Below are positions 29,006 to 37,799 of a stretch of DNA of 64,000 nt, piece by piece; the stretch's first letter is position 1, and each line of letters starts with the position of its first letter. The notes under the pieces were generated by a model. The model searched no databases. It saw nothing but the letters and a program-made list of their open reading frames with translations, and had not been told where the DNA came from. The translations under genes were made by a program, and so were the position numbers. This DNA comes from Methanobacteriota archaeon. GTDB lineage: Archaea; Thermoplasmatota; Thermoplasmata; SG8-5; JAGLSY01. Location of the stretch: NCBI GenBank assembly GCA_020696385.1, contig JAEHCQ010000002.1:96001-160000 (forward strand). The letters are read 5' to 3'.

Positions 29006-30196
29006 ATGGTGAGATCAGTTATTAGTGGAAATTCAGCATCTGCCTACGGTGCGAAGATTGCAAGGGCCGAGGTCATTGCAGCCTACCCAATTACACCGCA
29101 GACCTCCATAATAGAGAAGATCGCCAATTTCGTGGCCAATGGCGAGTTCAAGACCGAATTCGTCAAGGTGGAGAGCGAGCATAGCGCGATGGCCGCGTGT
29201 GTGGCCGCCTCACTTACAGGAGCAAGGACCTACACGGCCAGTTCCTCCCATGGTTTACTATTAATGCACGAGATGCTGATATGGGCATCTGGCGCGAGGA
29301 CACCCGTTGTGATGTCCAATGTCAATAGAGCGAACGGCCCACCCTGGAGTGTGTGGGCGGATCAGCATGACACGATGGCCCAGAGAGATACTGGGTGGAT
29401 GCAAATTTACTGTGAGAGCAATCAGGAAGTGCTCGATTCGATATTGATGCAATACAAGGTCGGGGAGTCCCCAGACATAATGATACCATCCATGATAATC
29501 GAGGATGCTTTCATTCTTTCACATACAGTTGAGCCAGTTGATATCCCGGATCAGGATGCGGTGGATGATTTCCTGCCTCCTTTTGCCCCGGAAAAGAAAC
29601 TGGATCCAGATGACCCGCATGGCTTCGGAAGTCTCGTGATGCCCGAATGGTATATGGAATTCCGGTACAAGATCGCGGAATCCATGGACCTGGCCCGAGA
29701 CAGGATCAGGGAAGTGGAGAAGGACTTCGAGAAAAGGTTCGGAAGATCATACGGCGGCTTGATGGATTTCTATGAAGTTGAAGATGCGGACGCTGTCCTG
29801 ATGATAGGCGGCAGCGTGGCCAGTACGGCCAAGGAAGTCATTGACAAGATGCGCAAAGAAGGAAAGAAGGTTGGATTGGCGCGTGTCAGATACTTCAGAC
29901 CCTTCCCAGTTGACGAGGTCAGATGGCTGGCCAAGAAAGTTAATCGAATAGGAGTGGTCGACCGCAGTTATTGCTTCGGTCATGGTGGACCGATCGCGGC
30001 CGAAGTTTACGGCGCGCTCTTACCCACTGGCGACAGACCGATAGTTAAGAATTTCATCGCCGGCCTTGGTGGAAAGGACATAACCCCAGAGGTTCTGGAG
30101 AGACTCTTCAACAAGATGCTGGTCACCAATGAGAGTGGTACGGAGAAAGAGATCGAATGGGTGGATGTCAAAGGACATAGCTTGGGGGTGGAATGA
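29006..30196 (+). CDS. porA: 2-oxoacid:ferredoxin oxidoreductase alpha subunit
   Basis: AYPITPQT, VESEHSA, YFRPFP, GLGGKD; ATG 29006 after GGAGG. Confidence 0.92.
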   Translation: MVRSVISGNSASAYGAKIARAEVIAAYPITPQTSIIEKIANFVANGEFKTEFVKVESEHSAMAACVAASLTGARTYTASSSHGLLLMHEMLIWASGARTPVVMSNVNRANGPPWSVWADQHDTMAQRDTGWMQIYCESNQEVLDSILMQYKVGESPDIMIPSMIIEDAFILSHTVEPVDIPDQDAVDDFLPPFAPEKKLDPDDPHGFGSLVMPEWYMEFRYKIAESMDLARDRIREVEKDFEKRFGRSYGGLMDFYEVEDADAVLMIGGSVASTAKEVIDKMRKEGKKVGLARVRYFRPFPVDEVRWLAKKVNRIGVVDRSYCFGHGGPIAAEVYGALLPTGDRPIVKNFIAGLGGKDITPEVLERLFNKMLVTNESGTEKEIEWVDVKGHSLGVE

Positions 30197-30249
30197 ATGC
30201 GAGAGCAAAGCGATTGCATTTATAATCCCGAAATGAGATGGAGGGATTC

Positions 30250-31161
30250 ATGATGGCGAAGCTAACGATTCCAGAAGAAGAACTGATGTACCCCGGACAC
30301 GTAGGATGTCTGGGCTGTGGAGCGACACTGGCCATGAGATACACACTCAAGGCTCTGGGACAGAGAACGATCATCAGTGTGCCCGCATGCTGCTGGGCCG
30401 TCATGCCAGGTGTGTTCCCGCTCACCTGTCTGAAGATCCCCATGCTGTACACGGCTTTTGAAACCACTGGAGCCTCGATATCTGGCATCAGGGCCGCACT
30501 GGATGCAAAAGGTATCGATGATATCACTGTCGTCGGCTGGGCCGGGGATGGTGGGACCGCGGATATCGGTATCCAGGCATTGTCCGGAGCTGTTGAGAGA
30601 GGTACGGACGTGATGTACATAATGTATGATAATGAAGCTTACATGAACACGGGCGTGCAGAGAAGCTCCGCAACTCCAATTGGAGCATGGACGACCACCA
30701 CGCCAGTCGGTACGACCAAGGACTGGAAGAAGATGCCGAAGAAGGACATGGTGGAGATCATGGTCGCTCACAAAATACCATACACCGCGACGATGAGCAT
30801 CAGCCATCCAGAGGACATGATCAAGAAATTGCAAAAGGCCCAGAAGATCAAGGGCCCGAAGTTCATCCACATCTATGCACCTTGCCCTACGGGATGGCGC
30901 ATGGCCCCGGATAAAACAGTGGAAATTGCGAAGATGGCTGTCGATTCAGGTGCTTTCCCACTTTATGAGGTGGAGGATGGTATCTACACCATCACCAGGA
31001 AGCCGAAGGAACTGAAGCCAGTCATGCCATATTTGGCAATGCAGGGCAGATTTAGACATCTTCCCCAAGAAGAGCTGGATGGCATACAATTGGGCATTCA
31101 GAAAAGATGGAAAAGACTTCTCAAGCTTGAGGAGTTCACAAGAGATTTGGAGGGAGAATAA
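30250..31161 (+). CDS. porB: 2-oxoacid:ferredoxin oxidoreductase beta subunit
   Basis: GHVGCLGCG, GDGGTADIG TPP motif, YDNEAYMNTG, PCPTGW. Confidence 0.92.
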   Translation: MMAKLTIPEEELMYPGHVGCLGCGATLAMRYTLKALGQRTIISVPACCWAVMPGVFPLTCLKIPMLYTAFETTGASISGIRAALDAKGIDDITVVGWAGDGGTADIGIQALSGAVERGTDVMYIMYDNEAYMNTGVQRSSATPIGAWTTTTPVGTTKDWKKMPKKDMVEIMVAHKIPYTATMSISHPEDMIKKLQKAQKIKGPKFIHIYAPCPTGWRMAPDKTVEIAKMAVDSGAFPLYEVEDGIYTITRKPKELKPVMPYLAMQGRFRHLPQEELDGIQLGIQKRWKRLLKLEEFTRDLEGE

Positions 31162-33044
31162 TGGCAATGCACCCGGTACTTGACAAGGACGTGAACAAGA
31201 AGATATTCCTACTTGGGAATGAAGCTATCGTCAGAGGCGCTCTTGAAGCTGGACTTGATATCGCGGCCGCTTACCCAGGAACACCATCATCGGAGATCGG
31301 TAATACGTTTGACAAGATGGGCGAAGATGCGGGAGTGTACTTCGAATACTCCACCAATGAGAAGGTGGCCATGGAAGTGGCTGCCGCCGGAAGCGCATGT
31401 AATCTCAGAGCCATGACCTTCATGAAGCATGTGGGACTCAATGTGGCAGCGGACGCGTACATGACCATCGCCTACACAGGTGTTAGAGGCGGTATGGTGA
31501 TGGTGTGCGCGGATGACCCTTCATGCCATTCGAGCCAGAACGAGCAAGATAATCGTTACTATGCCAGATTGGCCAATATCCCCATGCTGGAACCTTCATC
31601 ATGCTCCGAGGCAAAGGAGATGACCAGGCTGGGCTTCGATCTTTCTGAAGAGATCGAACTTCCTATACTTCTAAGAACGACCACCAGGATCAATCACATG
31701 AGAGGGATCGTGAACCTCGGACCTCTTGTACCTGGGAAGGGAAAGGGTTATTTCGACAAGGATCCGGGCAGGTTCGTCACCATACCCGCCCATGCCAGGA
31801 CTGGCCACATCAACCTTCTGAAAAGAATGGAGAAGGCGATGGAGATATCGGAAAACTCGCCTTTCAACAAGGTCATCGATCTCGGAGGGGACGAGATCGG
31901 CATCGTGGCCTCGGGAGCGGCTTACAATTATGTGATCGATTACATGAAAAGCAATGGCATCAAGGGAAAAGTGCTGAAGCTCGGAATGAGCCATCCAGTG
32001 CCTGTGAAGATGTGTGCGGATTTCATGGCCTCGGTCAAGATGGTCGCTGTCGCGGAAGAGGGAGAGCCACTCCTGGAGAACGACCTCAGCAAGATCGCTT
32101 ATCAGAAGGAATTGAAGGTCAAGATCTACGGAAAGAACACGGATCATTTCTCAAGGCGAAACGAGTACAGCCCAGATACCATCAAGGCTGGACTTGGCAA
32201 GCTCCTGAACATTCCAGTTAATGATAATAAGTTGGTTCCAAGAGAAGTGGAACTTCCAACCAGGCCACCAAGCCTGTGTCCGGGATGTCCACACAGGCAC
32301 ACTTACCATGCCCTGAAGAAAGCACTGGGGCAGAAGTTCAAGGAAGCCATTTATTCTACAGATATCGGATGTTACACTTTGGGTATCCAGTCACCTCTTA
32401 ACAGCGCGGATTTTCTGCTATGCATGGGATCCAGCGTGGATGCGGCCGGTGGGTTCTCAAAGGCCACCGATCAGCCAGTACTGGCCTTCCTTGGAGATTC
32501 CACCTTTTTCCATTCTGGAATTCATGGATTGATCAATGCAGTTTGGAACGAGCACAAATTCGTTTACACCATACTGGACAACCGAACAACAGCTATGACC
32601 GGCCACCAGCCAAACCCAGGTATGGGCAGGCGCGGAGGCGGGGCACCCAGCAAGGGCTCGGACATAGAGAGCATTGTCCGAGGTTGCGGCGTGGACTTCA
32701 TCAGAGTTGTTGACCCTAATGATATTAAAGCAACAACCCAGGTCTACAAGGAAGCACTTGCATATGATGGTCTGGCAGTCGTGATCACCAAAAGGGCGTG
32801 CGCTTTGCTTGAAGTACGCGAGTGGAAAAAGAATGGCACTTACACACCATACCAGATGGATCAGGAAGTATGCAGGAAGTGCAAGGTGTGCATCAACACA
32901 TTCGCCTGCCCAGCCATCGAGCTTAGTAATGACGGGGTGGTATCCATAAATGAAGAATATTGTAATGGATGCGGTGTCTGTGTCCAGGTATGTCCATTTG
33001 GTGCCATTGGCCCAGCGAACAGGGAAATGGAGGTGAAGAAATGA
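31161..33044 (+). CDS. iorA: Indolepyruvate:ferredoxin oxidoreductase alpha subunit
   Basis: GNEAIVRG, YPGTPSSE, NEKVA, KHVGLNVAAD, RPPSLCPGCPH, GDSTFFHSG, C-terminal ferredoxin domain. Confidence 0.95.
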   Translation: MAMHPVLDKDVNKKIFLLGNEAIVRGALEAGLDIAAAYPGTPSSEIGNTFDKMGEDAGVYFEYSTNEKVAMEVAAAGSACNLRAMTFMKHVGLNVAADAYMTIAYTGVRGGMVMVCADDPSCHSSQNEQDNRYYARLANIPMLEPSSCSEAKEMTRLGFDLSEEIELPILLRTTTRINHMRGIVNLGPLVPGKGKGYFDKDPGRFVTIPAHARTGHINLLKRMEKAMEISENSPFNKVIDLGGDEIGIVASGAAYNYVIDYMKSNGIKGKVLKLGMSHPVPVKMCADFMASVKMVAVAEEGEPLLENDLSKIAYQKELKVKIYGKNTDHFSRRNEYSPDTIKAGLGKLLNIPVNDNKLVPREVELPTRPPSLCPGCPHRHTYHALKKALGQKFKEAIYSTDIGCYTLGIQSPLNSADFLLCMGSSVDAAGGFSKATDQPVLAFLGDSTFFHSGIHGLINAVWNEHKFVYTILDNRTTAMTGHQPNPGMGRRGGGAPSKGSDIESIVRGCGVDFIRVVDPNDIKATTQVYKEALAYDGLAVVITKRACALLEVREWKKNGTYTPYQMDQEVCRKCKVCINTFACPAIELSNDGVVSINEEYCNGCGVCVQVCPFGAIGPANREMEVKK

Positions 33045-33643
33045 GCAAACAGTTAAGGATCGTCATAGTCGGCGTCGGAGGCCAGGGTGTGCTTTCAGCC
33101 GCCAAGAACATAGGAGGAGCCGCACTGGAGGCTGGACATGGTGTCGTCATGTCCGAGGTCCACGGAATGGCCCAGAGGGGCGGCGTGGTCGTCTGCAACA
33201 TATGTATCGGGGATCTGGACAGTTCATTGATAGGCAATGGAGAAGCAGATGTGATACTGTCATTCGAGCCCATCGAGGCCTACAGGGCGCTCAATCTGGC
33301 TAATAAAGATACTATCATAATCACCAACACCGCACCCGTGATACCAGTGACAGCATCGATCGGCGAGATGAAATATCCTGATCTGGATGATATCTTCGCA
33401 GCGATTGATGAGGTCAATTCTAACTTGATTAAGGTGGCTGCCACGGAACTGGCCAAAGAGGCAGGAACTGCTTTGGCCGCCAATACCGTCATGCTCGGAG
33501 CTCTGGCCGCCACTGGTAAGATGCCTGTAAGTGCGGATGATCTGAAGAAGTACATGTTGTCCAAGGTACCACCGAAGACCGTGGAAATGAATGGCAAGGC
33601 CTTTGATATGGGCGTAGAAGCCTGCAATACGGGCAAATGCTAA
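33041..33643 (+). CDS. iorB: Indolepyruvate:ferredoxin oxidoreductase beta subunit
   Basis: GVGGQG, SEVHGMAQRGG; ATG 33041 after GGAGGTGA. Confidence 0.95.
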   Translation: MSKQLRIVIVGVGGQGVLSAAKNIGGAALEAGHGVVMSEVHGMAQRGGVVVCNICIGDLDSSLIGNGEADVILSFEPIEAYRALNLANKDTIIITNTAPVIPVTASIGEMKYPDLDDIFAAIDEVNSNLIKVAATELAKEAGTALAANTVMLGALAATGKMPVSADDLKKYMLSKVPPKTVEMNGKAFDMGVEACNTGKC

Positions 33644-33677
33644 ACTGGCTAGATAAGGGATAAAGTAGATGAAATGA

Positions 33678-33705
33678 CAGAAAAAGTAAATCATTACTTT
33701 TTCTG
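33678..33705. terminator. Hairpin at the left boundary of the AT-rich islet
   Basis: cagaaaaagtaa-atca-ttactttttctg. Confidence 0.6.
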
Positions 33706-33797
33706 ATTATCTTCCATCAAGCTCTATCTCATAATTAACAATATCCATGAAAATGTAACCTAGCATATTAGTAGTACGTGGATTCTATGCCTAAAAC

Positions 33798-34292
33798 TTA
33801 TTTTATTAAACACATAACAGGATCTGATTCTTCTTTCTGAGAGGCACTTAATTGTATAGTCGAGTTAATTTCAGAGAGACATATTGCTAATTCATGAAAG
33901 TTATTGACTATTCTATTTTTTAGTGCACCGATAATCATTGGGTTGTCAAGATTATCCATAAAAGTTCTGCAGTCTGTTTTCAAACCTATGCATTCCTTCC
34001 CTAATGAAAAGGCATATCCTAATTCAACACATGCTCCCTCATCTGGAACACGCCCATCCGCAATAAAAATTAAAATATCACATTTTTTAACTTCACTAAT
34101 ATCGAGTTTAAAAATTTCTTCCATTATTTCTATTTTTTCTTTCTCATTCGATATAAATTTAGATAATTCATGTCCATCATGCTGTGGGAGAAATGTTTGA
34201 TATCCCAAATTTATTAAAAACTTATTCAGTTTTGTATTGAATTCTCTCTCGGCTTCAGAGAATAATGGACCTGCAATGTATATTTTTTTCAT
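33798..34292 (-). CDS. Nucleoside 2-deoxyribosyltransferase family protein
   Basis: KIYIAGPLFS, FLPQ, D....CD, DGRVPDEGACVELGYA. Confidence 0.9.
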   Translation of the reverse strand: MKKIYIAGPLFSEAEREFNTKLNKFLINLGYQTFLPQHDGHELSKFISNEKEKIEIMEEIFKLDISEVKKCDILIFIADGRVPDEGACVELGYAFSLGKECIGLKTDCRTFMDNLDNPMIIGALKNRIVNNFHELAICLSEINSTIQLSASQKEESDPVMCLIK

Positions 34293-34327
34293 TGTTATCA
34301 GTCCTACATTACCTCATATGATTTAAA

Positions 34328-35548
34328 TCATCCTGGGGGGGTTAGTGAAAGTACTGATTGTTTTGAATTATTATTATCGAATGAAGTAATTCGATTAGGA
34401 ATTATTATTTGCTTAAAAAACATGTCAAAATACCTGTCTGTCATTCCTGCGATATAATCTCTTGTTTTTTCGGCATTATTTGCTTTTGCTAAATAATTTT
34501 TATCTATCCATTTTACCAGCATGAAATTAGGGTAAATTGTTGAATTCGTATTTTTACTATCTAAATCGGTTATTAATTTATTAAATATTTGTTCATACAT
34601 GAATTCAATTTTTGGACTTTCTAAACGTAATCGTTCATTGAGATAGATTGCCTTGTAATTAAATTCTTTATATTTTTGTAAAGCATTCGCTGTTTCTTGG
34701 GAAAACGATATATATTCTTCATCAAAACTATTCTCGATAATATCAATAATTAACGAATTAATAATATCGGCATTATTTTCACCAATAGTGTTTTTAAGAT
34801 TTTCAGGAATTGACTCTTCTGAAATCAATTTTACTTCCAAAGCATCCTGTATATCCCTCCCAAGATAAGCAATAACATCTGAAACTCGAACAACACAGCC
34901 TTCTAATGTCATTGGCATGAAATCAATTTTTTTGTTAGAAATAATTTGAGAAAATTCCTTATCAAAAATATCCCATGTCTTTGTATAATTTGGCTTTAAC
35001 TGTTTTTTCACAACTTCTCCATTATGGCTTAAAATTCCATCCAATACTTGAAGTGTTAGGTTAACATTTTCTACCTTATCTAAAAATTGGATGCTCTGTG
35101 CATTATGTCTAAAATATCCTATTTCATTAGCTAAACAATGGTTGGATAGATAATCTTCCCCGAGATGTCCATATGGAACATGACCTATATCATGGCCTAA
35201 AGAAATTGCTTCTATCAAATCCTCGTTTAACTTAAGGGCACGACCAATTGTACGAGCGATTTTTGACACTAATTGAACATGCAAAACCCGGTGTGTGATA
35301 TGGTCATTATCAACTAAAAAGAAAACCTGTGTTTTGTCAACATATCTTGAATATGCTCTAGTGTGCAGTATTCTATCAGTATCCCGGGAATATTTTGTTC
35401 TTGCATCTTCTAATTTTTTATCTTTTTCCCTTCGAATTCCATCAATACTTTTTGATGCATTTTGACATAAACATTCAGATTCACGTTTATTATTTTGTTC
35501 TATAATTTTCATTTTTAAACTGGGGTTCATTTCTTTCTTATATGGCAT
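34328..35548 (-). CDS. dGTP triphosphohydrolase-like HD-domain protein
   Basis: RDTDRILH, KTQVF, R.LHVQLVS, HDIGH.PYGH.GE, DYIAGMTD. Confidence 0.9.
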   Translation of the reverse strand: MPYKKEMNPSLKMKIIEQNNKRESECLCQNASKSIDGIRREKDKKLEDARTKYSRDTDRILHTRAYSRYVDKTQVFFLVDNDHITHRVLHVQLVSKIARTIGRALKLNEDLIEAISLGHDIGHVPYGHLGEDYLSNHCLANEIGYFRHNAQSIQFLDKVENVNLTLQVLDGILSHNGEVVKKQLKPNYTKTWDIFDKEFSQIISNKKIDFMPMTLEGCVVRVSDVIAYLGRDIQDALEVKLISEESIPENLKNTIGENNADIINSLIIDIIENSFDEEYISFSQETANALQKYKEFNYKAIYLNERLRLESPKIEFMYEQIFNKLITDLDSKNTNSTIYPNFMLVKWIDKNYLAKANNAEKTRDYIAGMTDRYFDMFFKQIIIPNRITSFDNNNSKQSVLSLTPPG

Positions 35549-35704
35549 CTTCCTCACACCTAAGCATACCTAATCATTTAGGACTATAAAGTTTATTCTT
35601 AGAACTTTTTAGCATGCTAAAAAACACTATCCTCTATTAGTGAGAAATCTACAGTATATTGAATCCAATTAAGTCTGGTGCAATTTTCCTGCATAGGAGG
35701 AGTC

Positions 35705-35739
35705 GGAAAAAGTAAAGTAAAATTCACTTTACTTTTTCC
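35705..35739. terminator. Hairpin overlapping the paaK stop, right boundary of the islet
   Basis: ggaaaaagtaaagt-N7-actttactttttcc. Confidence 0.6.
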
Positions 35740-37030
35740 TATTATCTTCCACTCTCTTTGCCTTGACAGTGGTCTGTACGATTGAACCTGGATCCAGAAC
35801 ATTCACTGTTGGACCTAGAGTTATGACCGCCTTTATCCCGATTGCCAGAGTCTTGGCCAGTGCCTCGCGATCTGACTCGGGCATGATCTTTTTAGTTTCC
35901 ACATCCACGCGCATCTGATCCATGATCCCCTCTGTGGAAAGTATGATCTTGTAATTGGTACCCACGGCGTCATTACCCATGAGAACGTGCTCGATCTGGC
36001 TCGGGTATATGTTCGTGCCTCTGATGATGATCATGTCGTCGCTACGGCCCTTTATGGGCGCGTGCTTGACATGCGTACGACCGCACTCGCATCCCCCATC
36101 GTAGATGAATGACAGATCGCGAGTTCTGTATCTGAGGATCGGCATGCCTTCCTTGGTTATGGTGGATATCACCATCTCGCCCTCTTCCTCGATACCGACT
36201 GGTTCGCCAGTTTTCGGGTCAATTATCTCAAGCAGGAAATGATCCTCCCAGAGATGAAGTCCATCATGCTGGTCGCAGTCCGTGGAAACTCCTGGCCCAC
36301 ACATTTCCGTTAATCCGTAAATATCATGGACGTCCATATTCCATGTGTCGCATAATTTCTTTTTAAGGCCGGATGAGAACATCTCGGCTCCGAATAGACC
36401 ATTACGAACTTTCAGATCCTTATCTGGCTCCATGCCCATGGAAAGTGCTTTCTGGCCCAGATAAGCCGCGTATGAGGCGACACCCGATACGAAAGTGACG
36501 CCGTAATCTTTCATCAATTGCAATTGGCGTTCGGTCTGGCCGCCGCCTGAAGGAACTACCATCGCGCCCACTTTCATGCCTCCGTAGTGGAAGCCGAAAG
36601 CTCCTGTGAAGAGTCCGTAAGGGATTGGGTTTTGGAAGATGTCTTTCTTGGTAAGACCGCTCATGGAAAGGCATCTGGCCATTACCTCGGACCAGACATC
36701 CAGATCATGCTGCGTGTAGCAGACCGTGATAGGATTGCCAGTGGTTCCGCTGGATGCATGAAGTTCTATACAATTCTCCAGATCAGTTGCCATCAATCCA
36801 AAAGGATAATTATCTCTAAGGTCGTTCTTGACGGTGAAGGGTATCTTCTGAATATCCTCCAGAGTTTTAATGTCGCTGGGCTTCACGCCAACTTTATCAA
36901 GGCCATTTCTATAAAATGGAACATTGTCATAAGCGTGCTTGACAACTCCCCTCAATTTCTCTAACTGAAGTTTTTTCAGCTCCGGTCTTGGCATTGTTTC
37001 CAGTTTCTTATTGAATATGAAATCCGACAT
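35729..37030 (-). CDS. paaK: Phenylacetate-CoA ligase family protein
   Basis: LRDNYPFG, HASSGTTG, YGLFTG, YGLTEMCGPG, RYRTRD, GRSDDMIIIRG. Confidence 0.9.
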   Translation of the reverse strand: MSDFIFNKKLETMPRPELKKLQLEKLRGVVKHAYDNVPFYRNGLDKVGVKPSDIKTLEDIQKIPFTVKNDLRDNYPFGLMATDLENCIELHASSGTTGNPITVCYTQHDLDVWSEVMARCLSMSGLTKKDIFQNPIPYGLFTGAFGFHYGGMKVGAMVVPSGGGQTERQLQLMKDYGVTFVSGVASYAAYLGQKALSMGMEPDKDLKVRNGLFGAEMFSSGLKKKLCDTWNMDVHDIYGLTEMCGPGVSTDCDQHDGLHLWEDHFLLEIIDPKTGEPVGIEEEGEMVISTITKEGMPILRYRTRDLSFIYDGGCECGRTHVKHAPIKGRSDDMIIIRGTNIYPSQIEHVLMGNDAVGTNYKIILSTEGIMDQMRVDVETKKIMPESDREALAKTLAIGIKAVITLGPTVNVLDPGSIVQTTVKAKRVEDNRKK

Positions 37031-37160
37031 CTTATTCACTTCCACTCACTAATCATTATATGCTATAGTAAACTCAACGGTAATAGATGAACATGGATTT
37101 AAAAACTCTGTATTTTGAACTAATAATGAAGACTGGCACAACACCACTAAAGTGATATTG

Positions 37161-37468
37161 TGCCAGGCACCGAGCTTGTCGCCCGCACCACGCACTGGTT
37201 AGTCATTGACCTTCTCGGTTCCGCAACCCTGAGAGCGTCGGTAATATGTGGTAAGGCTGCTCCCGTCAGGGCCTGACCCGGTCTCCACAATCAAGGAAAT
37301 AATGCCGCCCTCCGGCTGCATCATTTTCCACTTCCAACCCCAAAGGACAGAACCTCATGGTCGGACAATGGTCCAACACGGGGCCGGTTACGCCGCACTC
37401 GGCCGTCACCCCTGCTAAAGACGATTTCAGTGTATAAGGGGACGCCTACCCCCCCGGTTAGCCTAGCA
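37161..37468 (-). ncRNA. ffs: Archaeal SRP (7S) RNA
   Basis: Minus strand: 5' tgctaggc pairs with 3' gcctggca; helix 6 gcc-GGAG-ggc; helix 8 gggtcaggccc-TGAC-gggagcagcc; ~308 nt; TATA-like ttttatatat about 25 nt upstream. Confidence 0.92.
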
Positions 37469-37524
37469 AATCTGGTTAATAAAGGCAGATATATAAAACA
37501 ATCGAAGAATATTCAAAGCAATTG

Positions 37525-37778
37525 CCAACAAGGGTGGGTGTCAACAATGTCTCAGTGTGGTGGGGGCGGAGCCAGGTGGGGGCAATGTGTTAACAGAGCA
37601 ATTATATTCGAACATGCCCCGTCTGGACCATTCAAAGAACATTCAGCAGGGCGGGGTACTCTCAGTGATGTGCTAGCGAGTGACAGTCACAGAGTGCTCT
37701 GATATTCGAAGCCCCGTCCAAAGGGCGGGGAGGTCAATCTCTCTATAATCCTAAACACGATAGGCGGGAGCCAGGTGG
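37525..37778 (+). repeat. Dispersed palindromic intergenic repeat, copy C
   Basis: caagggtgggt..ctcagt, catgccccgtctgga..cagggcggggtac, gcgagtgacagtcacagagtgct, gaagccccgtccaaagggcggggaggtcaa. Confidence 0.88.
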
Positions 37779-37799
37779 ACACGATGTAGCATACCAGCA

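Noticed and set aside
37430-37702. 90-aa ORF, and similar ORFs at 11811-12020 and 27506-27733
   Set aside because: They overlap the SRP RNA or the non-coding repeat copies, and the reading frames are not conserved between copies.
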